From: an uncultured Chloroflexota bacterium
GTDB taxonomy: Bacteria; Chloroflexota; UBA11872
DNA: 64,000 bases
Direction of reading: 5' to 3'
Assembly (NCBI GenBank): GCA_958296175.1
Contig: OY282448.1
Span: 719,899 to 783,898 of the forward strand
Shown here: piece after piece, positions 49,121 through 57,997 of the stretch
How positions within the stretch are numbered: position 1 is the stretch's first letter
Layout of the letters: each line of letters opens with the position of its first letter
Notes under the pieces: model-generated
What the model was told of the DNA's origin: nothing
Database searches by the model: none
What the model saw: the letters and a program-made list of their open reading frames with translations, nothing else
Program-made: the position numbers and the translations under genes

Positions 49121-50791
49121 GTGATTCTCGACCGCGCCGTCGTGTTCGATCTCGAAGCCCGCATGGCGCTGCGCGAGGGCGTGGACCTGGTGGCCGACGC
49201 GGTCAAGGTCACCATGGGCCCCAAGGGGCGGAACGTGGCCTACAAACCCAGCCTGGGGCCGCCCACGCTCACCAACGACGGCGTGACCATCGCGCGCGAC
49301 ATCAAGTTCGAGAACACCTTTCTGCACACCGGCGCGGCCATCGTGTACGAAGCCTGCCGCCAGACCAACACGGTGGCGGGCGACGGCACCACCACCGCGG
49401 CCGTGCTGACCCAGGCGATGTACAGCGAGGCGTTCAGGGCCATCGTGGCGGGCATCAACCCGATGATCATCCGCCGCGGCATGGTGCCGGCGCTGGCCGA
49501 GGCCGAGGAAGCGCTGCGCACGCTGGCCGTGCGGGCCGCCACGCGCCAGGACATTGCCTGGATTGCCGGCATGTCCGCCAACGACCCGCCGGTCGGCGAG
49601 CTGATCGCCGACGTGTTCGAACGCCAGGGACTGGAAGGCGCCGTCTCCGTCGAGGAAGGCAAGAGCCTCAAGACCGAGGTCACCTACGTGGACGGCATGC
49701 GCATCGACCACGGGTTCCTGACGCCGCACTTTGCGAAAGACGAGGCCCAAACCGAAGCGGTGATCGAGAATCCCGACATTCTGATCACGGACCGGAAACT
49801 GGAGCGCCTGCGGGACTTCCTGCCGTTCCTGGAGCGTTACGCCGCCAGCGGCCGCAAGACGCTGGTGATCGTGGCCCAGGAGATCGTCGGCGAGGTGGTC
49901 ACGATGCTGGTGCAAAACCTGCACGCGGGCAACCTGGAGGTGCTGTGCGTCAAGGCGCCGGCCTTCGGCGCGCGGCAGCGGCTGATGCTGGAAGACCTGG
50001 CCGTCTTTACGGGCGGCGTGCTGGTTGGCCACGAGACTGGCGAGCCCTGGCGGGCCATCGGCCTGGACGTGCTGGGCGGCGCCGAGCGCGTGCGCTCGAC
50101 CCGCGACCAGTCGTTCGTGGTCAAGGGCCGCGGCAATCCCGCAGCCATCCAGGAGCGCGTGGAATACATCTGGATGCAGCACGGGCGCATGAAGAACCAC
50201 TTCGACCGTGAAAAGCACCAGGAGCGCGCCAACAACCTGACCGGGTCGTTCGCCGAAATCTGGGTGGGCGCGGCCAGCGCCGTCGAACGGTTCGAGCTGA
50301 AGCACCGCATCGAAGACGCCATCTCAGCCACGCGCGCCGGGCTGGACGAGGGCATCGTGCCCGGCGGCGGCACCGCGCTGGCGCGCGTGTCGCAGGAGAT
50401 TCACGACGACCCCGACCTGCCGCTGGCCGAAGCCGTGGGCCGCCGCGTCGTGCGCGACGCCCTGCGCGTGCCGGCCGAGGTGATTGCCAACAACGGCGGC
50501 TACGACGGGGCCGTGGTGGTGGACGAAATCCTGCAGCGCCGCGGCCGCGAGGGCTTCAACGCCGCCACCGGCGAGTACGAGGACCTGCTTGCGGCCGGCG
50601 TGATCGACCCGCTCAAAGTCACGCGCTCGGCCCTGCGCAACGCCGGCAGCGCGGCGATGATGCTGATTACCTCCGAGGCGGTGGTGGGCGACACGCCGTC
50701 GTTCCACCGCTGGAACGACTATTACCGCGAACGCCTGGCCAAAAAGCACGGCTTCTTCAGCGAAGACCTGGACAACCCCCGCCCAGGCTGA
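49121..50791 (+). CDS. groL: divergent chaperonin GroEL (Cpn60) paralog
   Basis: GGAGG RBS and GTG; VKVTMGPKGRNV, TNDGVTIA, AGDGTTTA, VKAPAFG, GVIDP.KVTRSAL. Confidence 0.9.
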   Translation: MILDRAVVFDLEARMALREGVDLVADAVKVTMGPKGRNVAYKPSLGPPTLTNDGVTIARDIKFENTFLHTGAAIVYEACRQTNTVAGDGTTTAAVLTQAMYSEAFRAIVAGINPMIIRRGMVPALAEAEEALRTLAVRAATRQDIAWIAGMSANDPPVGELIADVFERQGLEGAVSVEEGKSLKTEVTYVDGMRIDHGFLTPHFAKDEAQTEAVIENPDILITDRKLERLRDFLPFLERYAASGRKTLVIVAQEIVGEVVTMLVQNLHAGNLEVLCVKAPAFGARQRLMLEDLAVFTGGVLVGHETGEPWRAIGLDVLGGAERVRSTRDQSFVVKGRGNPAAIQERVEYIWMQHGRMKNHFDREKHQERANNLTGSFAEIWVGAASAVERFELKHRIEDAISATRAGLDEGIVPGGGTALARVSQEIHDDPDLPLAEAVGRRVVRDALRVPAEVIANNGGYDGAVVVDEILQRRGREGFNAATGEYEDLLAAGVIDPLKVTRSALRNAGSAAMMLITSEAVVGDTPSFHRWNDYYRERLAKKHGFFSEDLDNPRPG

Positions 50792-50891
50792 CACCCCGCC
50801 GCGCACCGCCGGCGAGTCCGCCCCCGCTCCTCCCTCGGGTCCGTCTAGTAAGCGCCGCGCTGACTGACACGGTCCAAGCCTCGCTCCCCCT

Positions 50892-51165
50892 CCCCAGGAC
50901 CTTTCCCCGCTCCCAGCGGTCTTTCCTTCTCCCCAGGACCTTTCCCCGCTCCCGGCAGTCTTTCCCCCCAGGACCTTTCCCCACTCCCGGCGGTCTTTCC
51001 CTCTCCCCAGGACCTTTCCCCGCTCCCGACCGTCTTTCCCTCTCCCCAGGACCTTTCCCCGCTCCCGGCGGTCTTTCCCCCCAGGACCTTTCCCCACTCC
51101 CGACGGTCTTTCCCTCTCCCCGGGACTTTTCCCCTCTCCCTCGAGGGAGAGGGCAGGGTGAGGGT
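50892..51165. repeat. seven-unit pyrimidine-rich tandem array (39/35/39/39/35/39 bp) ending in a BoxC-like hairpin
   Basis: CAGGACCTTTCCCC at 50895, 50934, 50969, 51008, 51047, 51082 and a variant at 51121. Confidence 0.92.
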
Positions 51166-51227
51166 GAAGGCTTGGGGCCGACGCGCCCGCCGGCGCCGGG
51201 GGACTCAGCCGCTCGAACGAGCGGCGG

Positions 51228-52049
51228 CTATTCGAACTCGAGCCGCTCGCGCACGCCGCGCTTGCCTTTGAAGCTCTGCTCGGGGGCAGGGAAGCGGCGC
51301 GCGCGCACATCGCTGGCGTAGGCGGCCAGAGCGGATTCGCTGAGGCTGGCGGCGTCGCCGAAGACGCGCGTGTGCCGCAGCGTCGGCTGCGAGAAGCCCA
51401 GCAGGTCGTGCAGCACTTGAATCTGTCCGTCGCAGTGCGGCCCGGCGCCGATGCCGATGGTGGGAATCTCCAGATGCTGGGTGATGGCGCGCGCCAGCTC
51501 CGCCGGCAACAGTTCCAGCACTACGGCAAAGGCGCCGGCCGCCGCCTGCGCACGCGCGGCGTCCACCACGGCCTGCGCCGCCGACAGCCCCACCCCCTGC
51601 ACCCGATAGCCGCCGTGCAGGTGCGCCGTCTGGGGGGTCAGTCCCACGTGCGCCATCACCGGAACGCCGCGCGCGGCGAGCGCCGCGGTCGCGTCGGCGG
51701 CCGCGGTGCCGCCTTCCAGCTTGACGGCGGCCGCGCCGCCCGCCTGCATGAGCACCGCCGCATTGCGCAGCGCGTCGTCCACCGCCGCGTAGGCCATGAA
51801 GGGCAGGTCGGCAATCACCAGCGGCTCGGTCACCGCCCGCGTCACGGCCGCCGCGTGGTGCGTAATGTCGCTCACGCGCACGGGCAGCTCGTTCTCGAAC
51901 CCCAACACCGCGCGGCCCACGCTGTCCCCAACCAGAATGGCGTCCACGCCGGCGCGTTCGGCCAGGCGGGCGAAGGGCGCGTCGTAAGCCGTCACGCAGA
52001 CCAGCGGTGCGCCCTGGCCCTTGCGGGCGCGAAACTCTGCAACCGTCAC
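51228..52049 (-). CDS. panB: 3-methyl-2-oxobutanoate hydroxymethyltransferase
   Basis: TAYDA, ILVGDS, ADLPF, VKLEGG, TIGIGAG, DGQIQVLHD. Confidence 0.96.
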   Translation of the reverse strand: MTVAEFRARKGQGAPLVCVTAYDAPFARLAERAGVDAILVGDSVGRAVLGFENELPVRVSDITHHAAAVTRAVTEPLVIADLPFMAYAAVDDALRNAAVLMQAGGAAAVKLEGGTAAADATAALAARGVPVMAHVGLTPQTAHLHGGYRVQGVGLSAAQAVVDAARAQAAAGAFAVVLELLPAELARAITQHLEIPTIGIGAGPHCDGQIQVLHDLLGFSQPTLRHTRVFGDAASLSESALAAYASDVRARRFPAPEQSFKGKRGVRERLEFE

Positions 52050-52429
52050 ACCTGCGCCTTGCCAGCGGCGCGCCAAGACCCTGGCGATGGTAGCGCGGGC
52101 CCCAGCCCCGCGGGCCGCGCGCGTCGTCCATCGCGCGCTCGCAAGCGTGGGCGCACCTGCGGCGCAGCGTCGACCGGGGAACGGGGGCCAGCCTCCGGAC
52201 CTTGCCCGCCCCGCCTGCCCTCGCACCGTGATACGGAGCACGTGACACGGGGGCGGGAATCCATCGTCAGACGCCCTCGGGTTCGGCGGCCCCGGGCGGC
52301 GGCCGCTTCCGAGCCGCAGGCCTGGACTATTGTCAGCGGCTGTTCCCCTGCTTAGGCTGAACGCGCTGCCGCCGGCCGGCGGGCTTGCCGCCGTCGGATC
52401 CTCCGCGCACGCCGAGGGCCGCTCCCTTC

Positions 52430-53158
52430 ATGCGCATTGCCATCCTTACCGACGTTCACGCCAACCTCACCGCCCTGCGGGCGGTGCTGGCGGACATTCG
52501 CGCGCGCGGGCCGTTTCAGCTGGTGGTGTCCGCCGGCGACCAGCTCAGCGGCGGGCCGCGGCCGGTGGAGACCTGGCGCGAGCTGGAGGCGGCGGGCGCG
52601 CTGCTGCTCGAAGGCGACACCGAGCGCGACCTGGCCAACGGCGCATGCAAGCCGATTCAAGGCGACGGCCTGCGCCGTGAGCTGATCCTGCAGGTGTTCG
52701 ACTGGACGCTCGGCCTCGTTCCCAACGACCTGCGGCAGCGCGTTGGCGAGCTCCCGACCAACCTGCGGCTCCAGGTCGACGACGGCCAGGACCTGCTGGC
52801 GGCGCATGCCAACGGGGTGAACCTGGACGACTTCATCTGGGCCGACACGCCGCCGGACGAGCTGGCGCGGCTGATCGGCCCGCGCCCGCCGGGGCTGCTG
52901 GTGGTGGGCCACATCCACGCCCCGCTGCAGCTGACCTTCAGACGCACCACCATCCTGCGCCCCGGCAGCGTGGGGCTGAAGTACGAGCCGTGCTGGGCGA
53001 ACGTGGCGCACTGGGCGGAAGTCTCCTGGGACGCCGACCGCGCCGCCTGGAGCTCCCGCGTGCACGCGGCTACCTGGGACGTGCGCGCCGAAATCGACGC
53101 CGCCCGCGCCGTCGGCTACCCCGGCATCCCCATCATGCCCGGCGGCGCGGACGCCTAA
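52430..53158 (+). CDS. calcineurin-like metallophosphoesterase
   Basis: TDVHAN, AGD, GHIH, PGSVG. Confidence 0.88.
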   Translation: MRIAILTDVHANLTALRAVLADIRARGPFQLVVSAGDQLSGGPRPVETWRELEAAGALLLEGDTERDLANGACKPIQGDGLRRELILQVFDWTLGLVPNDLRQRVGELPTNLRLQVDDGQDLLAAHANGVNLDDFIWADTPPDELARLIGPRPPGLLVVGHIHAPLQLTFRRTTILRPGSVGLKYEPCWANVAHWAEVSWDADRAAWSSRVHAATWDVRAEIDAARAVGYPGIPIMPGGADA

Positions 53159-53233
53159 GCGCAGAGTTCGAGGCGCGCCTCCCGGCAACGTTTGCACGTG
53201 TCCGGGCGCGAGGGCCGCCGCATTCGGGCAGCG

Positions 53234-54772
53234 TTACCTCGGCAAGCGGTTGCACTGCTCTTGGTAGCCGGAGCTGGCACGGACCGAGGTCTCGACGGCG
53301 CCGTCGAGCCAATCCGCGTACGCGCTCTCGTGATCGAATTCCAAGTCCGAGGAAGGCCACGGGACGAAGGGGAAGGAGTACCCCAAACCCCAGCGAAAAC
53401 TCGCCCACACCCCTGCCTGAACCCTGTGCGCGAAAATCTCTTCTTGGAAGCACGCTTCCCGTGTGCGCGAGTTCCCCGCATGCCAGCCAAGCGCGTGGTA
53501 AATCTCATGCGCCAGCAACGCAGCCAGCGCTTCCGTCCGCTCCCAGCGCAGGTCGGATCGAACCGCGATCGTGTCGATCGCGGGGACATAGGCCGCAAGG
53601 GTTTCGGGACTCAAGGGGTCGAACACATAGCTGGTCGTTGTCAGCGCGTCGATTACTTTGGCGTATATGGGGTCCACCGTCCGCAGCAACGTCAACGCCG
53701 CCTGCAGGGCCGGGTCGCGGTATCCCCGCGCTTCGATCGTAAACCTGCTGGACACCGGCGGCCCGCCGCCGCGGTCGTTGAACGCCTGGAGCGTGAACGT
53801 GTGCTCGCCGGCGTTCAGGCCCTCGACGCGGACTCCGAAGGCGCCGCCATCCGACCCAACCTCGCCGGAGCGCGGCGTTGCCCCCGAAATGCTCCAGCGG
53901 TAGCCGCGCAGCGGCAAGCCGCCGCCGTCGCTGGGCGGGTCGGCGCGGGCGGTGACGTCGTTGCCGGCTACCGAGACCCGCAGGTTGCGCGGCGCGGTGG
54001 GGGTGCTGGTCGGATCGATCGTGAAGCTGCTGCTGATCGGGGGGCCGTCGCCGCGGTCGTTGAACGCCGCGACTGTGAAGGTGTGCACGCCTGCGTTCAG
54101 GTCGTCGACATAGACGCTGAAGCTGCCGCCGCCGGACGCGACGCTGCCGCCGCGTGACGTGGCGCCGGACACGCTCCAGCGGTAGCCGCGCAGCGGCAAG
54201 CCGCCGCCGTCGCTGGGCGGATCGGCGGCGGTGGTGACGGCGTTGCCGGCTACCGAGACCCGCAGGTTGCGCGGCGCGGTGGGCGCGCCGGTGGCCGGGC
54301 CCACCCAGGCGAAGGCCGCTTGCACGTCGGCGCGGTGGTCGTTTTGGCAGGCTTGTTCCGCCTGCGCGCCGTACGCGCGCTGGTAGATACCGACATTGCC
54401 GTGGTTGCCCAGGTGGGCTTCCACCACGTCGTTGAGAGCCAGGCAGGTGGCGGGCCAGCCGCCGGTGGGCGCGGGGGCAGTGGGCGCGGAACCTGCGCCG
54501 CCAAGCGCCCAGGCAAAAGCGGCCTGCACGTCGGCGCGGTGGTCGTTTTGACAGGCCTGTTCCGCCTGCGCGCCGTACGCGCGCTGGTAGATACCGACAT
54601 TGCCGTGATTGCCCAGGTGGGCTTCCACCACGTCGTTGAGGCCGACGCAGGCGGCGGGCCAGCCGCCGGTTTGTGCGGCCGCCGGTGGCCCTGCAACCAG
54701 CGCGCTTGCCAGCAGCGTCAGCGCCGCAGCTATGCCAAGGGCCGCCGCACGGCGCATCCAGCCCGTTTTCAT
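53234..54772 (-). CDS. secreted modular protein: 2x Cys module, 2x fibronectin type III-like, C-terminal HExxH zincin-like domain
   Basis: Signal peptide; 204-bp and 282-bp internal repeats; PTAPRNL...PPSDGGGLPLRGY...AFN.RG.G; AHEIYH. Confidence 0.8.
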   Translation of the reverse strand: MKTGWMRRAAALGIAAALTLLASALVAGPPAAAQTGGWPAACVGLNDVVEAHLGNHGNVGIYQRAYGAQAEQACQNDHRADVQAAFAWALGGAGSAPTAPAPTGGWPATCLALNDVVEAHLGNHGNVGIYQRAYGAQAEQACQNDHRADVQAAFAWVGPATGAPTAPRNLRVSVAGNAVTTAADPPSDGGGLPLRGYRWSVSGATSRGGSVASGGGSFSVYVDDLNAGVHTFTVAAFNDRGDGPPISSSFTIDPTSTPTAPRNLRVSVAGNDVTARADPPSDGGGLPLRGYRWSISGATPRSGEVGSDGGAFGVRVEGLNAGEHTFTLQAFNDRGGGPPVSSRFTIEARGYRDPALQAALTLLRTVDPIYAKVIDALTTTSYVFDPLSPETLAAYVPAIDTIAVRSDLRWERTEALAALLAHEIYHALGWHAGNSRTREACFQEEIFAHRVQAGVWASFRWGLGYSFPFVPWPSSDLEFDHESAYADWLDGAVETSVRASSGYQEQCNRLPR

Positions 54773-54932
54773 CCGTGCATTCCTTTTCGCGGCGGTGGCG
54801 ACCGGTGCCGGCGGCGCGCAGATCGTTCATAATTTGTTCGCCTCACGGCAGCGTAGCACGGGTAACCTTCGCCGCGAACCGAACAACGAGGCCGCCAACG
54901 GTCGGCCGCGGCCGGCGGGCCGGGCGCGAGCG

Positions 54933-55619
54933 TCAGCCGCCCGGCGAACGAGGCTCCGAGGCGTGGGGCGGCTCGGCTGAATCTAGGCCCGCGCTGGCCA
55001 GGGTTGCTCGCCAGACGGTTTCTACCCGGCGTTGGAGGGAGGCCGTGTCCGTGAGGTTCTCGATGCGCCAGATGGGGCGGTCGGGGCGGCGGGCGGCGAA
55101 GCGGCGGGCTTTTTCTTCGGGCGGGGACTGCACGGCCAGCCGGCGGCGGGCCTGGGCGGCTGTGATGCGGCCCGAGGCCGCGGCGCGCGCGACTTGCAGC
55201 TCGGGCGCGGCCACGACGATCCAGAGGCCGTCCAGCTGGGCGCCGGTCGGCCCTTCGACGACTTTGATGGCTTCCACCAGCGTGGCCGGCGCTTCGGTGG
55301 GTTGGCGCAGCAGCTCGGCGGTGCGCCGGCCGACCCTGGGGAACACCAGGCGCTCCAGGCGGTGCAGCGCCTGCGGGTCGTGGAACACCGTCTCGGCCAG
55401 CGCGGCGCGGTTGGGCCAGCCGCCGCGCATGACGGCCGGGCCGAAGGCGCGCTCGATCTCCGCCGCCAGCTCCGCGTCCGCCGCCAGCAGCTCGCGCACC
55501 GTTCGGTCCGAGTCGATCACGCGCGCGCCCAGCCGCTGCGCCATGCGCGCAACCGTGGACTTGCCGGCGCCCAGGTTGCCGGTTAGCCCGATGACGAGGC
55601 GGCGCGCGTCTGCGTTCAC
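54933..55619 (-). CDS. coaE: dephospho-CoA kinase
   Basis: IGLTGNLGAGKST, IDSD, LERLVFP. Confidence 0.9.
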   Translation of the reverse strand: MNADARRLVIGLTGNLGAGKSTVARMAQRLGARVIDSDRTVRELLAADAELAAEIERAFGPAVMRGGWPNRAALAETVFHDPQALHRLERLVFPRVGRRTAELLRQPTEAPATLVEAIKVVEGPTGAQLDGLWIVVAAPELQVARAAASGRITAAQARRRLAVQSPPEEKARRFAARRPDRPIWRIENLTDTASLQRRVETVWRATLASAGLDSAEPPHASEPRSPGG

Positions 55620-55647
55620 GCGCCGCGGCCTTGCGTTCCGCCTTCGG

Positions 55648-55828
55648 GGGACCTTTGCGTACTTCCCAGGCGCGGGGGCCGGTGGGGTTGCCGACGTGCA
55701 CGGCCGCCGCCTGTTGCCGTACCTCCCAGGCGCAGGGGACGGTGTCGGCGAACCAATGCCAGCATCGGTGTACCTCGTGCCTGCGGGATTCCGGCGTTCA
55801 CCGGAATGACGGATTCTGCAAAGGTCTC
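55648..55828. mobile_element. possible 181-bp MITE with IS5/IS1106-like terminal inverted repeats
   Basis: Left end GGGACCTTTGCG, right end TGCAAAGGTCTC; the same end motif occurs at 16460; no clear target-site duplication. Confidence 0.4.
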
Positions 55829-55922
55829 GTCGGGCGCCGCGACCTTTCGGTCGGCCGCGCGGGCACCGCGCGTTTGGAAGCCGCCGTCTGTGGGGCGTAT
55901 GCTTGCTGCACGCACACATTGT

Positions 55923-56063
55923 GCCTTCGGGGCAGGGTGAGCCTGGCGGTGCCGGGCAATTCCCGACCGGCGGTGAGGCGCATGGCCGAGCCCGCGACCC
56001 GGCGTTTGCCGGTTGATCCGGTGCGAATCCGGAGCCGACGGTACAGTCCGGATGGAAGAAGGC
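55923..56063 (+). promoter_or_regulatory. FMN riboswitch (RFN element)
   Basis: CTTCGGGGCAGGGTGA...ATTCCCGACCGGCGGT...AGCCCGCGA...GATCCGGTG...TCCGGAGCCGACGGTACAGTCCGGATGGAAGAAG directly upstream of ribD. Confidence 0.95.
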
Positions 56064-56190
56064 GCCGTGGGCGCGCTCATGCGCGCGCGCCCGTGCCCCG
56101 GCGGCTCACGCGTTGGACGAACACCGTGGCACCCGCCCTGACCGCCATACCCGCCTTCTTCTCGGACGCCGCGCGCCGCTGTGGGGCGCC

Positions 56191-57342
56191 GTGAGCGCCG
56201 TCGCGGTTCTCCGCAGCCCGCCCGCCGCGCGCGGCGGCGCGGCCGCGCAGGCGGCCCTGCGGCGGGCGCTGGCGCTGGCGCTGGCCGTGCAGGGGCGCAC
56301 GCATCCCAACCCGCCGGTCGGCGCCGTGGTGCTGGCCGACGACGGCGCAGTCGTCGGCGAGGGCGCGACCCAGCCCGCCGGCGGCGCGCACGCCGAGGTC
56401 ATGGCCCTGCGCGCCGCCGGCGCCCGCGCCCGCGGCGGAACCCTGGCGGTGACTCTGGAACCTTGCAACCACCGGGGCCGCACGCCGCCCTGCACGCAGG
56501 CGATCCTGGCGGCCGGGATCGCGCGGGCGGCGGTTGCGCTGCGGGACGCCAATCCGCGCGTGTGCGGCGGGGGCATTGACCACCTGCGCCGCCAGGGCGT
56601 CGAGGTGGAGGTTGCGGGCGGCCGGGCCGCCCGCCAGGCGGCGGCGCTGGCCCACGGGCACTTCAAGCTGGCTGCCACCGGCCGCCCCCACCTCACCGCC
56701 AAGTGGGCCATGACGCTGGACGGCAAGGTTGCGCGGCCGCGGGGCGGCGGCCGCATCACCGGCGCGGCCGCCTGGCGGCGCGTGCATGACGAGCGCAACG
56801 CGGCCGACGCGGTCGTCACCGGGGTCGGCTCGATCCAGGTGGACGACTCCCGCCTGACCGTGCGGCCGCCGCCGCCTGACGGGCGCCAGCCCGTGCGCGT
56901 GGTGGTCGATTCGCAGGCCCGCTGCCCCCTCGACGCCCGCGTGCTGCACGCGCCGGGAGAGGCGCTGATCGTGACGGGGGCGGCGGCGCCCGACCACCGC
57001 CGGCGGCGGCTGGAACGGGCGGGCGCCGCGGTGCTGACCTGTCCGGTCGACGCAGCGGGGCGCGTCGACCTGGGCGCCGCGCTGGATGCGCTGGGCGCGC
57101 ACGGGCTGACGACGCTGCTGTGTGAAGCCGGCCCCACGCTCACCGGCGCGCTGCTGGCGGCCGACGCCGTCGACCGCCTGGTGGTCTTCGTTGCGCCCTG
57201 GGTGATGGGCGCGGGGCTTGCCGCGCCTGCGCCGGCCGCGGCCGTCAGCCGCCGCCTGCTCGACCCGCTCCAGGCAACGGCCGTCGGCCCCGACGTCATG
57301 CTGGAGGGCGCGCTGCACCGCTACGGCCCGGAGGCTGCCTGA
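56191..57342 (+). CDS. ribD: riboflavin biosynthesis deaminase/reductase (start approximate)
   Basis: PNPPVGAV, HAE, TLEPC.H.GRTPPC, K.AMTLDGK. Confidence 0.94.
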   Translation: MSAVAVLRSPPAARGGAAAQAALRRALALALAVQGRTHPNPPVGAVVLADDGAVVGEGATQPAGGAHAEVMALRAAGARARGGTLAVTLEPCNHRGRTPPCTQAILAAGIARAAVALRDANPRVCGGGIDHLRRQGVEVEVAGGRAARQAAALAHGHFKLAATGRPHLTAKWAMTLDGKVARPRGGGRITGAAAWRRVHDERNAADAVVTGVGSIQVDDSRLTVRPPPPDGRQPVRVVVDSQARCPLDARVLHAPGEALIVTGAAAPDHRRRRLERAGAAVLTCPVDAAGRVDLGAALDALGAHGLTTLLCEAGPTLTGALLAADAVDRLVVFVAPWVMGAGLAAPAPAAAVSRRLLDPLQATAVGPDVMLEGALHRYGPEAA

Positions 57343-57343
57343 G

Positions 57344-57997
57344 ATGTTCACCGGCATCGTGGAAGACCTGGGGCGCGTGACGGCGTCGTCGACCGCGCAG
57401 GGCGTGCGCCGCATCAGCGTGCGCACGCGCCTGGACGCCGCCGCCCTGCGCCTGGGCGCATCCATCGCGCTCAACGGCGTGTGCCTGACCATCGTGGCGG
57501 CGCGCGGCCGCGAGCTGACCGTGCAGGCGGTGCCGGAAACGCTGCGGCGCACCAACCTGGGCGGCCTGGCGCCCGGGTCCCGCGTGAACGTCGAGCGGCC
57601 GCTGGCCTTTGGCAGCCGCATGGGCGGGCACTACGTGCAAGGCCACGTCGACGCCTCGGCCCGGCTGCTGGAGCGCCGGGCCGAGGGCGGCTCGGAGATC
57701 GTGCGGTTCGAGACGCCGCCGGGTCTGGGCCAGTGGCTCGTGTCCAAAGGCTTCGTGGCGCTGGACGGCGTGAGCCTGACGGTGGTGGACCCAACCGACG
57801 CGTCGTTCGCCGTGGCGCTCGTTCCTCACACGCGCCGGTCGGTGACCCTGGGCGCCGCGCGCGTGGGCTATCGGGCGAATCTGGAAGTGGACGTCCTGGC
57901 CAAGTACGGCCATCCGCCCGCCGCGGCGGCGGGCGAACCCGAACCGTCGATCGCGGGGCTGCGCGCGGCGGGGTTTCGGCTGGACGACACGCGATGA
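57344..57997 (+). CDS. ribE: riboflavin synthase (alpha chain)
   Basis: [22 protein letters not shown]. Confidence 0.96.
   Translation: MFTGIVEDLGRVTASSTAQGVRRISVRTRLDAAALRLGASIALNGVCLTIVAARGRELTVQAVPETLRRTNLGGLAPGSRVNVERPLAFGSRMGGHYVQGHVDASARLLERRAEGGSEIVRFETPPGLGQWLVSKGFVALDGVSLTVVDPTDASFAVALVPHTRRSVTLGAARVGYRANLEVDVLAKYGHPPAAAAGEPEPSIAGLRAAGFRLDDTR

Noticed and set aside
50892..51165. Tandem array as a CRISPR
   Set aside because: No unique spacers; whole units repeat
50324..51310. Minus-strand ORFs with GKVLG/GERSW repeats
   Set aside because: Translation of the non-coding tandem array; overlaps groEL antisense
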